DNA of 64,000 bases from the human T2T-CHM13v2.0 reference genome, Homo sapiens. Both the position numbers and the translations under genes were made by a program. Numbering within the stretch: position 1 is the first letter of the stretch; every line of letters begins with the position of its first letter. The notes below the pieces were generated by a model. The model was not told the origin of the DNA. It worked only from the letters and a program-made list of their open reading frames with translations, and made no database searches. Positions 1 to 13,538 of the stretch are shown in pieces. Location: the NCBI RefSeq assembly GCF_009914755.1, contig NC_060928.1, one strand, 5' to 3'.

Positions 1-690
1 TGGAAAGAAATAAGATAGGCTAAATACAATGGGCTCTCCACAGTGGACAATCCTGACTGTCACATTAAGGAGTTGGATTTGTTTTGTTAAGTAGGAGGAC
101 ATGGTGATTAAGGATGAGATACAAATTTGAGCCTGGTCATACAATACTCAAATGAATCTTCTAGAAAGATTAGTCTTGAATCTCACATAGAGAGGTTTAA
201 GACAGAGAGAAAGATGCCAAAGGCCAGGATGGAAGTTAGAATGCTTCTGAGGTAATCCATGTGTTGAGGCTCTTGACAGGGAGGGATAAACAGGAATAAA
301 GAAGGAAATGTAAATCCAAAAATTTGAAGGCACACATGAGAAGATTTTGCACAAGAAAAAGGTAGAGTTGGACACAATCCCCAAAGTTTTTAGTCTAGGA
401 CATGAATGATTCTAAGAACCAAGTTTTGGGGGAAGAAAATAAACATTTACTAAATAGTGAATGAAAAAGATTTTTTCCATGGCTTTCTAGTCTATTCATC
501 CATAATTTACTTCCAATCTACATATCCTATGTTATCTTCCACTACCTATTTATTAATTCAACAATGACTTTATAAATTGTATGCCAAGCAATATTCTAGG
601 CACTGGAGAAATAAAAATATGTAGTACAGTTTGAGGCAAAAGTTGGAGATGGGTAATGGGTATGTAAATGAACAATTATAAAATTTGAAA
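1..690 (-). mobile_element. Decayed L2 (LINE-2) fragments
   Basis: Purine-rich L2-like body, plus 'tattaattcaacaatgac...tatgccaagcaatattctaggcactggag' resembling the reverse complement of the L2 3' end. Confidence 0.5.
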
Positions 691-1069
691 TTTCTGTGTA
701 TGTTTCCTACTTTCCTATTTTCAGATTAGAGGGGATAGATGCTAATATTAATTGAGCTCTTACTATACACCAGGACTTTTTAGAGTCATCTAACTTAATT
801 TCTACACCAACACAAAGAAGTAGATATTGTTATTCTCATTTTTCTTTATCAAAATCACCACCTGTTAGCTTCCCTCTATACAGAACCCCTGAGGATGCCC
901 ACAATGTGAAAGAATCCAAGCCCCTGAAAAATATTGCTTTCTATCTTGACATAACTACCAAGGCGCCTGGACTGATGGCAGGGACCCTTCACTGTGAAAA
1001 AAACAAGACTTGTCAAGCCCTTTAAAGCTTCAAAAATTCTACCCCAGTTCCAAGACCGACTGACCAGAT

Positions 1070-1135
1070 TTTATGGATTTTAACACTTTTTTATATATTT
1101 CAACATCTTGAAGTTGGAATGCATCTTAGAGTCAA
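1070..1135 (+). mobile_element. MER104-like (Tc2) DNA transposon fragment
   Basis: 'ttttttatatatttcaacatcttgaagttggaatgcatcttag' resembles the recalled MER104 terminus. Confidence 0.4.
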
Positions 1136-2608
1136 AAAGATAACCTATTCCTCTGGCAAAGAAGGGTCCCTTTCATCCATCCAGGTGCCGCTGGTATCTG
1201 TGTCTAGAGAAAAAGCAATGTCTTGCGTCATGGAAACTGTTAATTTTGTGCTACACTTTTTGTGCTGTTTTCCCATCACAGAGGTTGCTATCTGTATCCA
1301 AAATTAGTTGTTTCGTTAATTATTTTTAAAAATCACCCACAAAACAACACTGGAGGATTTCATTTCCAATCCACATTTTATTATCATCTTTAATTTAAAG
1401 TGCAAGCAGGAAAATTATTTCCTTAACAAGTGAGAATTATTCTTCAAATATTAAATATTACTTTTGGAAAAGTATTATAATTATTGTGTCATTAGTTTTT
1501 TTGTTACTTTTATAGTGTGTTTCTTTACCACGATTTGCTCATAAAATTAATGAAAAGGTAGCCATCTGTAATTAGACCTTCTCTCCAGATATAAAATAAA
1601 ATCAGTACATTGTGACCAAAACCAATTTAACCCCAAAAGTTTCATTTCAAACAAAGTGAGAAATAAATATTAGCAATTCTTGACTCTGGGAAGTGTCAGA
1701 CTACAATGAGCCTAAGACTGGAGTAGCAGCTTGACACATGAACATTTTACGACAGGTAGCCAACTCAGCTCTTTAGGTTTTGTCCTGCTGCCAGTGTTTT
1801 TGCTTGGCATGACTTCAAGGGCCTTATGTGTTCAACCCAAGGCAGCCCCCTTCAGGATACATGAGCCAAGCTAACTGCATGCAAACCAGGCTGGGTCTTG
1901 GAATCAGTTTACATGGGCATGTTGTCAGAGAAAGATGTTTATGTGTGTGAGAGTCTTAAAGGGCTGAATAGAAAGATCAGAAGCAAGGTTAAGCAGAATG
2001 GGGCTGGGAAGAATTCCACACGTCCTTAGAGGACAGGCAGGGGATAAAAGAAGGTACAGTAGGGAGGCAAAAACAGAAGTGCATTCTTCACAGTCTGGCT
2101 GGCAAGCCCCGCAACAGTGCCATTCTTCAAACAAAACCTCCCTTGGCCTCAGATTCTCCACTGGTCATGCCAGCTCTATTGATTTACACAAAGCCTTCAA
2201 GGCTTTGATCAGCTACCAAATTGCAAACATTTTAAGCAATGCTCCAAACATGTAAAAGTTTAAAACAGTCCATTAACAATCTCATGTAGAAATGTGTATA
2301 CATATATGATCATCCATGCATGGTTCTATGCACAAGAATATTTTTACACAGTCTATTAACAATGCCACATATTTATCACACATATTCACTTCAAGTCCAA
2401 GGAAACGTCATTTGCAAATGTAAAGTCAAAAATACAAAACTAAACTCTTCTCTCATTGAACCTCACACTCAACCCCACTCAAAGAGTGAAAAAAGAAATT
2501 ATACTCCATCCACCCATCAGACATGAAAAGGGTGATTTATAGTTGTGTTTATTCAGACCATAAATTATTTCACAAAGTAGGATTTTAGGATGTGAATTAA
2601 TCACATAA

Positions 2609-2732
2609 TTTTAGAGGCCACAAACATTCAAATGATCATTTCCAACTTTTTACTTCTTATTGACTGTTCTATACTTTTAGAGGCCTCAAACATTCAAATG
2701 ACATTTCCAAATTTTTTACTTTTATTGACTGT
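2609..2732. repeat. Tandem duplication, ~58-bp unit, 66-bp period
   Basis: ttttagaggccacaaacattcaaatgatcatttcc...ttattgactgt (2609-2667) is repeated at 2675-2732 with few differences. Confidence 0.95.
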
Positions 2733-3072
2733 CCAAGTGCTTGTCAATCTGATAAATGCCTGGTACATTATAACAATCAAATGGCTTCTAAAAATAATGC
2801 CCCATTACACATGTCAAATGCCAACCTCTGTGGACCTCTGGCTGCACACTGAGAGTCTCCTGTACTAACAAGAGTAACAGTGTGAACAGTCTCTCCAGTC
2901 AGTTATTCCTTCTAAAACTCCACTTAAGTTTGATTTGAATTTTATGTCCAAGATGATCACTTTTCATTTCTCTGCTCAATTTTATCTTTGTTGGCTGATT
3001 CCCTCTTTTCATTATCTATTTTTGTAAAATGCCACATGGGTGGACCCTGAGATCTTGCTCAACCTGAAACAT

Positions 3073-3759
3073 TGACTCAGTATGCTAGCTTTAGAGAGCA
3101 ACTGGCAAGATTTCTACCTATGAAATAGGCAGCCAGGAGGTTTAACGGTATGGCTCCTGTACTTTAAAGAAATTACTAAATAATATTTTTCTGCCTGAGT
3201 CATTTGGATTCTATTTCTGGACTTTGTGAGTATGAAGAGATCCATTTCATAAAAATATGCACTTCATCCATTCTAATAGAATAAGAGGACCTGGCTCCAA
3301 ACTACTACTTTAAAAAACAAAAACAAGCAAACAAAAACCATTGACTCACAGGTCCAGAGATAAGTTTCCCTTAACAAAGTCATTATGAATATACAAGCTA
3401 TTATAGGTTACAATCATGACCAAAGCTGACTTTCAGCTAAGACTTCTTCTAGCTAGAAAGGCAGCAGGACAGCAGTTTCCTAAGTTACAGTGGTACATGA
3501 GCCTGAGGAGACAGCAGAACTGCCTGAGGCAAGAGGCAGCAGAATTTCAGTTCTTCAGTCCCCAAAAGAATTCCAAACACTGTTCTATCTCAGTAATTTC
3601 TAGCCTTTAAATTCTGATTGATCCTGAGCCCAGTGTTTTCTACACTGAAGTTCAAGCTGAAGAGGTGCTACAAAATTTTAAAACACATAGCATCTCTGGG
3701 CTACGAATAACACAGGCCTTTCCCAACTCTACTAAATAAATTCCTTCTGGAATGAGTCA
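3073..3759. promoter_or_regulatory. Homotypic AP-1 motif cluster (candidate enhancer)
   Basis: TGA(C/G)TCA at 3073, 3196, 3342 and 3753. The last overlaps a TEAD-type GGAATG. Confidence 0.45.
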
Positions 3760-4129
3760 AGCCCTCTCTGAAACCCACATGAAAGAGAAGTATCCTCCAG
3801 ATTCATAAACACTAAAGATTCAACCATGATCTTCCCTTTGTGGGTTGAAACTCCCCTAGCCTGATTGGCCAAACGAGGCTCCCCACTCACTCTCTTCCTG
3901 CCAGCTCAGCAAACTTCCTCAAAGCTACCTTCCTTTTATTCTGTATCTTCTTATGCTATTACCAATGTTTCGGAGAAAAGTAAAGTTCACAATGTGTGCC
4001 ACCCTGGCCCCCACCGCCCACTTCATTTTACAAAGCCTTCCCATACTAAGTTTAAACAAAGTATAATGAAGTATTTTGTTCTTCTATTTAATCAACAATT
4101 TATTCAAGCCCTCTTAAAAATATATGACC

Positions 4130-4630
4130 AGAGAGAGCCATGGAGAAAGGCAGTGCTATAGAGGGGCTGAAGATGCCAGCCCTGGAGTCAGGCAAATCTG
4201 GGTTAACTGCGACTCGGCTCCTACTAGCTGGGGGGGGGCTCTGGGCATGCACTGTCTGCTCAAGCTCCTGTGTTTTCATCTACAAAATGTGCAGGAAGTA
4301 ACTTGCAGAATTGGGGCAGATTAAATGAAACACAGTGTGTAAAGAAGGAGTCTAGCCCATGTCCCTTCTCATGACTGTGGAACACAGAAACCTTGAAACT
4401 GCCTCAAACAGACGAATATGTATAAGACGAGAGGTTACCCACCGTTGCTTAGTTAAATTGCCTGGGTTAGAATCACAGCTCCATCACTTATAATCTGGAA
4501 GACCTCTATATTCCTCAACTTCCTCATCTTCCTCATCTCTAAAATGTAGCTCATCATAGTACCCACCTTATAAAGTTGTTGAGAGAATGGAATGAGAGAG
4601 TGCTGGGAAGATGCTTAACCAAGTACTACC
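4130..4630 (+). mobile_element. Two MIR SINE copies (~4130-4350 and ~4440-4630)
   Basis: MIR core motifs 'ctgtgttttcatctacaaaatg', 'ttcctcatctctaaaatg...agtacccaccttataaagttgttgagag'. Confidence 0.7.
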
Positions 4631-4644
4631 ACATTGTTGTGGTC

Positions 4645-4971
4645 GTCTGTCCATGTATGCAGGATGACTTTAAAAATATTAACTGAGTTTCTTTATTGTA
4701 GAGAGGCTGGAAGTTACTGAGATAGAACAGTGTTTGAAATTCTTTTGGGGACTAAAGAACTGAAGACTAAAAGCATGAACACAGAGCACAACTGGTCACT
4801 AAGGTATTTACGGCCTAATGAAAAGGTGTTGGAACAGGGGACACAGCACTGTCAGCCTAAGGTACCAAGAGTTGCAAGTGAAGTGTTCATTGTGTAATCT
4901 CCCTTAGATTAATTGATCAATGTCTGTCTATGTGTATAGGGTGACTTTAAAAATATTAACTGAATTTCTTT
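4645..4971. repeat. Dispersed ~50-bp direct repeat (4645-4694 and 4922-4971)
   Basis: gtctgtccatgtatgcaggatgactttaaaaatattaactgagtttcttt vs gtctgtctatgtgtatagggtgactttaaaaatattaactgaatttcttt. Confidence 0.9.
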
Positions 4972-5272
4972 CTGTTTTCTCCAATGGAGATTCACTCTTG
5001 TCACTTATTCTTCCCAGAAGATATTTAAAATAATCTTAAATGAGAATGTGATTCATCCCTACATTTTTTAAAAGTACATCTGAGTTCTACACTGACTACA
5101 GCCTGATGCAGTCAGGGACTGGACATCACTGAATCCTGTCCAGCTGATTTGCCAACTCCTCTGCCATCACCAGCCTCACTCATTTGGCCACAGCAGTTAC
5201 AGTTCCGAAACACAGCTGATTCCTATGCCCAAATTCTTGCAATTTTAATAACCTGAACAACTGATTTTATTA

Positions 5273-5633
<361 letters not shown>

Positions 5634-5896
5634 CTGCCCCAAAAATATGCAAAATGAGTTTATATCTAATCCCATTTCTAATCTGCAGCAAATACTGTGA
5701 CCTTATTCAAGTCTTTCCATCTCTGAGCATTACTTTTCTCCTACAAGAAATGAAGGGGTAGACTTCTAGACCTAAGCTCTGAAATACTATTGTGCACGAT
5801 TCCATTCTCCCTAACCCCAGCAACGAAGAAATAAGGCACACATTTCTGGTTTGGATTTGACCTCCTTGTGTCCTGCTTAGTCTGGAAAAGGCAGTA

Positions 5897-6167
5897 CAGG
5901 CACACCTCAAATATATCGCAGGTTTGGTTCCAGACCACCACAATAAAACAAAGATAGCAATAAAGCAAGTCACACAAATTTTTTGGTTTCCCAGTGTGTG
6001 TAAAGTTATGTTGACAATATACTATAGTCTGTTAAGTGTGAAATAGCATGATGTCTAAAAAACAATGTGCATACCTTCATTTTAAAATACTTTATTGCCA
6101 AATGTGTAAAAAGCACAACAGCTGTGAAGCATGATAAAGTGAAGCTCAATAAAACAAGTTATGTCTG
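5897..6167 (-). mobile_element. Internally deleted Tigger1 (Tc1/mariner-pogo) with both termini, inserted in a MIR
   Basis: Begins TA|caggcacacctc...ggttccagaccacc and ends 'aataaaacaagttatgtctg'. Flanks read as a split MIR head (ggcagta / tgtagcactg...ccaggtttgagtc). Confidence 0.85.
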
Positions 6168-6959
6168 TGTAGCACTGTGTGTGGCACATGGCTCCAGTGC
6201 CAGGTTGCCCAGGTTTGAGTCTGAGTTCTGCTCCTACTCTCTCCACCTGCAAGCTCAGCAGGATCCAGCAGTCAGACAGAGAAGCCAGTTGCTAGAGATG
6301 GGAAGTGGTAAGAGCAGTGGAGGAAAGAAGGGTGAGTGCAGAGGGCAGAGGATCGGACACACACAGTTGTGCTACATACCTCGTGGGGTTGGTGTGAGAA
6401 TAAAATAAGTCAATATACAAAGAGGATAGAGTAGTGCCTGGCACAGACTGAGGGCTACTTAAGTTTTAGCTATTATTATCGGGACATAACACAAACACTC
6501 AATAAATGTTCACTGTGCTGAAATGAACATCAGCTATGAGCCAGGCACTTGACATATGTTGTGCATTTCATTCTCGCAACCCTGAGAAGAAGAAATTATT
6601 CCCATTGTATATATAATAAATCAGAAAATAGACTCAGGGAGGTACAATAATAGATTGAAGAGGAAGAATAAACTGGCATTCAATGCCAAGATGCATGCTA
6701 AAATGCAGCATTGTCTGATAACAAAATACATATTAAATATTATTTTCCATATAATAAACAATATAGAAAGAATGAACCCTTTCACTTTCACTCTAATATT
6801 GGGCATCACTTCAGGAAATTGTGAATAAAGTTTGTTTACCTATTTTTACATGAACCTTGAAGTCTCCAAGAATATCCTCATGAATCTACTAGGAACAGGA
6901 ATCTAGGCTAACATGATCACTTAAATCCATCATAGAATTAAATCAACGTTATTCTCTTA

Positions 6960-7320
6960 TGATCAAAGTTCCTTGGGTTAAAGTAATAGAAACATCAAAC
7001 TTGCTTAAGCAAAAAAGGAGGATTTATTTTAAGAAAACAGAGTCAGAGAACCCCAGGGAGAGAATGTGGCCAGGTCTCAAAGGACTAGACGCGGAGCCTG
7101 GAATGCTGGCAAGAAGGCAGCTACCACTCTCGGGCTCTCTCTCCTATAGGGCGTTACAGTCTCCATCACCCCTCTTTACTGATCAACTTTCTCTGCGTCT
7201 CTATGCTCCTTATATCATCATCCACAGCTCCTTACTCAGAACATTCGTGCAACTGACCCAGGCTGAGATTAGCATCTGTCAGTCCCAATTCAGAGTTCTC
7301 AGAGTAACTATATAGAATAG
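6960..7320. mobile_element. Probable old MaLR/ERVL LTR fragment
   Basis: 'gtaatagaaacatcaaacttgcttaagcaaaaaaggaggatttattt' is typical of old MLT1/LTR33-class termini. Confidence 0.4.
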
Positions 7321-7335
7321 GCATTCCAAGATCTC

Positions 7336-7336
7336 C

Positions 7337-7407
<71 letters not shown>
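7336..7407. repeat. Compound (TC)n(CA)n microsatellite
   Basis: Direct reading. Confidence 0.98.
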
Positions 7408-7411
<4 letters not shown>

Positions 7412-7559
7412 CCTAGACAGCACCCTGAGCCTCTAGCAAAATGAATTGCTGCTACTTTGTTACATCTCTACCCATTTTGTCATCAGAATACTCAGGAAAG
7501 TCTGAGCGTACTCAAAGGACAGTCCAGTTCTCAGGCATGTACAGCCAATAGAGAAACTG

Positions 7560-7970
7560 GGGGGGAGATTTTGAAATTGGACGCATCTGAGCTGCCAGAA
7601 AATTGCCTAGAAGCAGCAGCTGAGCAGTGGCTGAGAGTGGGCCTTGATGTGATACTTAATCAGATGATGATGAGGGAGGGGCCCTGCCAGCCAACAAACC
7701 AGCCGCCCGCCAGGAGCCCCGGGAATAGGGAGCAGTCTGCTGTAGAATTCTCTCACAATGGCCTGGCAGAAATGGATGGTCCACACAAGGAAGGATCAAT
7801 TGTAAAAAGTGGAATTAGTCATTCTAAATCATGCAGCTGTGGTCGAAGGGAGCTCTTCTAAAAATCATTAAACAATCATGTATTCCTATTGATTTATTCA
7901 AAATACCTTGAGGGAAAGCAGATTAAACACAAGGTAAAAGTAAGCTAATGCAGATTAAATGGATGAAGGA
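7560..7970. promoter_or_regulatory. Candidate conserved non-coding enhancer block
   Basis: Repeat-free, retains several CpGs, carries CAGCTG E-boxes, TGATTTAT (7890), ACAAT SOX-type and TAAT motifs. Confidence 0.4.
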
Positions 7971-10900
7971 TGGGCCGAGAGTTCCCTAGGTAGTTTTTGT
8001 ACTAATGAGAGGAAAATTATATGTACACTATTACCAGGATAAAAGGGTCTATTAGAGGTCTTTTGCTTGACATATTTATGTATTTCAAATACTAAGTAGC
8101 ATAGTGAATTAGGTTTACTCTGGACATTTGTTATTTTTATTGCATCTCCAAAGTGATAAACAGAGTTCTCTGTTGAGGCAGCATGCTGCCTCACTCCAGG
8201 AAGCCCTGCCTGAATAGACAAATCCTGATGCCAGAGCTGTTCCCTGGATGTCATTTATTAACAAACCCAGTGCAGTTGGACTGCAAAGACCAGGCCTTTA
8301 AAGTCCAAGAGCAACATGCATAACCCAGAGGTAGGAAGAAGCTGCAGTGCTTATGGTGTCTGTTCCCTAGGCCACATTTACAGATGGCCTTTCTTCTTCC
8401 AGTGGAGTCTTTCCAAACACCTTATCACATAAGGAAACCAGAAATGTGATGCCTATGTTATCCACATATTCTGGCATGTGTGGTAATTACAGCAGGTGTT
8501 ATGATCCTCAGAGAAAGAAATGGAAGCAGAGAAATCATAAGTGAGGAGCCCAAGGGCATGCAACTAGTGAGAATTGGAATCAAGACCTCAAATATTTCTG
8601 TTCCCTTGTTCAGGGGCTTCCAGCTATACTGTTTACTAGTGAAATTTGCACTCGTGGACTACAATCTTACAAAAAGTCCTATTGTCACTCAACTCCTTGG
8701 ATGTTTAAAACCAGACTCACTGCTCTCCCCAGACCAATTCCATCCTCCACACTCCTCACTACCACTACCATCCCCACTTCAGTCAACTAGGAAATTACAT
8801 CATTCTCCCATCATCCCTCTAGACCAAAGTAATAAAATTCCACCTGATGTTCTTACTCTCATTCTTAGCTCCCTGATAGCCATTCAGCACCCGAATTCCA
8901 GCTTAATCTTTCTAAAATATTGCTTTCATTATACTAATCCCTATCCATAAAAGCTACAGAAGTAAGGTGGCAAGTATCCACATTTCTCTTTTACCTGGTT
9001 TGGAAAGGCGTCATGGAAGGCTGACATTTGAGCTGGTTTTAAGAGAGATCACTTATAAAGGAGGCACTTGTGGTTGATAGAGCCTGCGATGGCCTCAATC
9101 ATCAGTGGGTGGATTAAAAGGAATGCCAAGAAGGTTGCAAGCTTAGAGCAGAAACTGGAAGCTCGGGAGGAAAGGCAGATTAACCAGATGGTATGCAAGC
9201 TGAAAAGAGTGTAAGAGTGAAGACCTCGGTGTTAATGAAGACCCACGCAATGTGGGTGACATTGGCAAAATCCAGCTACAACCAACGGAAACATTAAGCT
9301 CACTGTATTCCACAGTAATGACTTTAGTCAGTAACTATAAAGGCACAGCAATGGCTCTCAACTGTACAAATACCCAAACCTCTACATCAAAAATCTCCAG
9401 GAGAGGGATCCATGAATGTGTAGTTTTAGAAAGTGCCACACATTTTGATGTGTGACCAGGTTGAAAGCATCTATATACTGCATTAAACCTCATCTATTAG
9501 CCATCTATGTTTGGAAGGATTGCTTTACTATTAGACAAAACTCAATATTCCAGCTAAATCTTATACCTCCTTATGGACCCTCTATATGTCTTCAAGTGGC
9601 TGTTCTTATCTACAGAACAGATATCATAATCATATGCCTGTGCATAGTCTGGCCAGAAAACTAGAGAAATGGTCTGTCTATTCTTGCTGCAGGAATAAAT
9701 TTACATTTCTTGCCACCTGATTATGTTCTTTACATCTTCTACATGTTAGAGCCAAAAAAAAAAAAAAGCCTGCAATCTAAAACATTAATGACATCTTCCA
9801 TTTTCATAGTACTTAAATTCCACAAATACATTCATTCATTTGGTCATCACTTCAGTCTATGGGAGAGGCAATGGGTTATATTCATTTCTAATTTGCTTGG
9901 GGAAATGGATCCTGCAATACTGAAAGACTTGCTTAAGGTCATATGAATAGGTAGTACCAGAACCTAGACTAGTAACCTTTCTTTGGAATTCTGTCATCTG
10001 ATGTTATTTTGCATTACAGCATTGTCACCTTTAACAAGCTGGACAGAAGTCTGGAAGAAAAGACCCTAAACAATGATAAATGTTTTGAAGTATCCACAAC
10101 CAGACTTCATCAAAAATGTAACACATTTTTGTTACAGATTAATAGCAATAGGATTTGACTCTCAATATAACATTTTGGTAAAGTATTAAAAAGGGTTAAA
10201 ATCACAGGGTGCATGTATGTAGTAAGAACTGGTGGTATTATCCCTTTACTCATTTCTATCTCTGCTCTGTGCTTTTCAGATATCAGCAGCACTCACAGGC
10301 ACATGGACAAACACACATGCACACATGCACAATGGCCATTGTACTAAAATTAACTTGGACAAATCCAAATAGTACAAGCAAAGGTCTAAGAAATGTCTGT
10401 TTGGTTAGAACTGCTTAAATACCACAGAACTCACAGGAAGAAAGCAGAAATACTGTCCACATATACATCATCAATGCTGGAAAATATAAATTGTAGTCCA
10501 TTCTGGTCTGTTTCAGATAACATCCTATTGCCAAAATTACTAGATCATAATCTGTCTGCAGTCTAATCAAAAGAACAAATATGACTTCCTTTCCCATTGT
10601 GCAATTGGGGATGAGCTTCCAAATGACCCGCTTTAAGAAGAGGCATCAGAGACCGAGCTTTTTCACTCAGGAAGCCCTATCCAGTGTCTTTTGTTCTCCT
10701 TTTGCGGGTCATGGAGTGGGGGCAGTGTCACTATGGTCATGTAGGTCCAGGACAGGAAAAGTCTTTCTGCTTACTGAAAATGAGTTCTATTCACAACTGT
10801 GCTTTTCCAGAGTTTGGCTGTTCCCATTTTCTTGGACGCTGTTAGAGTTATAAAATAAACACTTCCAAGATTGTTTTCTTAAAAGTCAGTCCAACATAAA

Positions 10901-12130
10901 ATAAAATGAAAGAACTTTTCTGAGTCTTCAGTTCAACATGGGTGCATTTAACCAGGAACATACCTTTTTCTTCCTCTCTTTGAACTTCTTCAGACTGATC
11001 TTTGTTTTTCAAAGTCTCAACACTGGCTCATTCCACTAGAGACCTCTGTTTGATGACTGGCTCCCTCCTAAACTCTGGGACCACATTTGGATATCAGTTA
11101 TTTATTTAAGATCTGAATTCAGGCAAATACCAAGACAGGTGTTTAGGAACTTGAGCAGTAGTTGAGTAATTATAGAGCTTAAACCTAGAAGGAACATGGA
11201 CATATGATCTAACCAGCAGCTTTCAAGCAGATAAGGCACAATTGTCCCATTTTACAACTGAGGCACCTGAGGTGTAGAAGAATTCAGTCATTTGCTAATA
11301 GATACACAGTTAGTTAAAGAAGAGGAGAGAAAGGAGAATGAGTTGAAAGAGAAGTGGATCCCAAATTGCCTCCTGCTTTTCTGTTGCACATAGAACAACT
11401 CGTGTCACCTGCTGCTGGTTTAATCAGTTTATAGCAAAGTGGTTAACAACTTGAATTCTAATTTAATCATATGGGCCTAAGTTTGAACCCTGTCTCTTCT
11501 CTCTACGGGGCTTGAGAAAGCTACTTTTTAGAAATAGAAAAGAAGTAGGATGCTACATATACGGTGTTTATCCCAGAGTCTAACACATGGTAAATGCTTT
11601 AAAATATTAGCTATTGTTTTAAATCAATCATTATAATCTGCCTGCCAAGGCTCCCTTTATAGCAATACTTGAAATCCTTTAATAATTTCAAGATGAGAAA
11701 AACAGACTTCCTTTAAACAGTCAAAAAGCAAAGGGAAAGAAGAACAGATCTTTTTATACAAGTGGGCATGAGTGCCCAATAAAATGAACCCACTGAGGTC
11801 CTGGCAGAGGGTCCAACAAGGCTTTACTTGATTTAAGGAGTGACATGACCATAGGAGGACTTAACATGTAACTCATAAAGTTTATTTGCAGAGTCCCTCA
11901 TAGCATGGGCTTCTTCCAAAGCCTTGCCAGGGCCCCTAGCAATATGGTCAAGTGATACTTTGAAATTTTCTCTTAAAGAATACCTACTGAATTATATAAG
12001 CTTTAGGCCCCCAAAAGTTTGAATTTACTTCTGCAAATACTGATGTTTGCAACTCCTTGAAAACCAAACAAAGCCAAAGTTGACGTAACTGTGAGAAATG
12101 TCTTATTCATTTGGCTTCTCTGTTTTTCAG

Positions 12131-12269
12131 GTGCCTTAACACCAGCCCTTAAGTCCTGGAGAAAAAGGCCAAGTTACTGGTTAACACTACCATAAACTAG
12201 ATGGTTCCTTCCAAGAGTATTAAAACCCATAGACTGGGCACAGGTCCAGGGGACCCTTCTGAGTTGTAG
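12131..12269 (+). other. Candidate plus-strand non-coding exon
   Basis: Acceptor ggcttctctgtttttcag| and donor tag|gtgagg. No evidence of usage. Confidence 0.2.
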
Positions 12270-12959
12270 GTGAGGTACCTCAAACAATGATCTGAAGAAT
12301 ACATTTCAAAGTCCACTCAGAGACTTGAGGATGTGCCACTGGTTCACTTGGTGACTCCTATTGAGAAACTAAAATGGGACATCATGTGGAGCTTGATCAA
12401 AAAAGATGCTCCTTCCTGAATGCAAAGTGATTTTAAACTCCTCAAAAGAAAGCAACCTAGTGACACTGAATACACAAGACTTGTCCAGGTGGAACTACAC
12501 CCAGACTTCTTGTTTCATCTTATATTCCTTCTTGTTGCCCTACTCTCTGACATCGTGGCTTGGTCATCATTTTCCGAGAAAGAACATAGAGGAGAAAGGG
12601 AAGAACTAAATATTTTGCTGAATTTTTCCAATGTGACCAAGTATTATGGTAGCACTTAATATATCATGTCATTTCATCATCACAATAACCCTCTGAAATA
12701 CTACTGCATTTCTCAGATGAAGAAACACAGACTAAGAGAAACAGGAAAAGACAATGAGTGATGGAACCAAATCAGGTCTGCCACTGTGGGGTAGAGGAAG
12801 GCAAGAAGGTAAGAAAAAAGGGGAAGAGGAATAAAACAAGAAGAAGAAAGAAAAGAAGAAGAAGATAGGATGTGATCAAATTTCAAGAATGGTTTGCACC
12901 TCACTAGATCAATGGAATCCTGAGATCTAGAACTAATTCAGTAAGCTACTAAATTTCAC

Positions 12960-13180
12960 TCCAGAAGTGTAGTGGATTCTCTAAATTGGTTAGACCTGAG
13001 TACAAATTCTGGTTCCACCTGCATAGTCTTGGGCAAGTTACCTCTCTAAGCTTCAACCCCTTTATAGGTAAATGGTATTAAAATAGTGCCTATGCATATG
13101 GTTGTTGAAGGATTAAATGTGTTCATACGTATAAAACAGTCCTTGTAACATAGTAAATATTAAGTGTTAGCAATTATTAT
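12960..13180 (+). mobile_element. MIR SINE
   Basis: 'agacctgagtacaaattctggttccac...ttgggcaagttacctctctaagcttc...ggttgttgaaggattaaatg'. Confidence 0.8.
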
Positions 13181-13244
13181 AGAGAAATTCACATCTTGAC
13201 TGTCTTTCCCTTTATCAATAATATTGCATATAAAAACTGATATA

Positions 13245-13538
13245 GGCCAGGCACTGTGGCTCACACTTATAATCCCGGCGCTTTGGGAGGCTGAAGCAGA
13301 CAGATCAGTTGAGGCCAGGAATTCAAGACCAGCCTGCCTAACATGGCAAAACCCCATCTCTACTAAAGATACAAAAATTAACCAGGCATGGAGGCGCATA
13401 CCTGTAATACCAGCTGCTCACAGGTTGAGGCACAAGAATCACTTGCACCTGGGAGACAGAGGCTGCAATGAGACAAGATTGTGCCACAACACTCCAGCCT
13501 AGATTACAAAGTGAGACTGTCTCAAAAAAAAAAAAAAA
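13245..13538 (+). mobile_element. Alu SINE, diverged AluS-type
   Basis: ggccaggcactgtggctcac...gagactgtctc followed by poly(A). Confidence 0.95.

Noticed and set aside
7457-7861. 134-aa ORF over the enhancer-like block
   Set aside because: TTG start, no recognisable homology, no convincing flanking splice sites.
8480-8950. 156-aa ORF
   Set aside because: Non-ATG start, low-complexity, overlaps decayed MIR/L2-like sequence, no recognisable domain.
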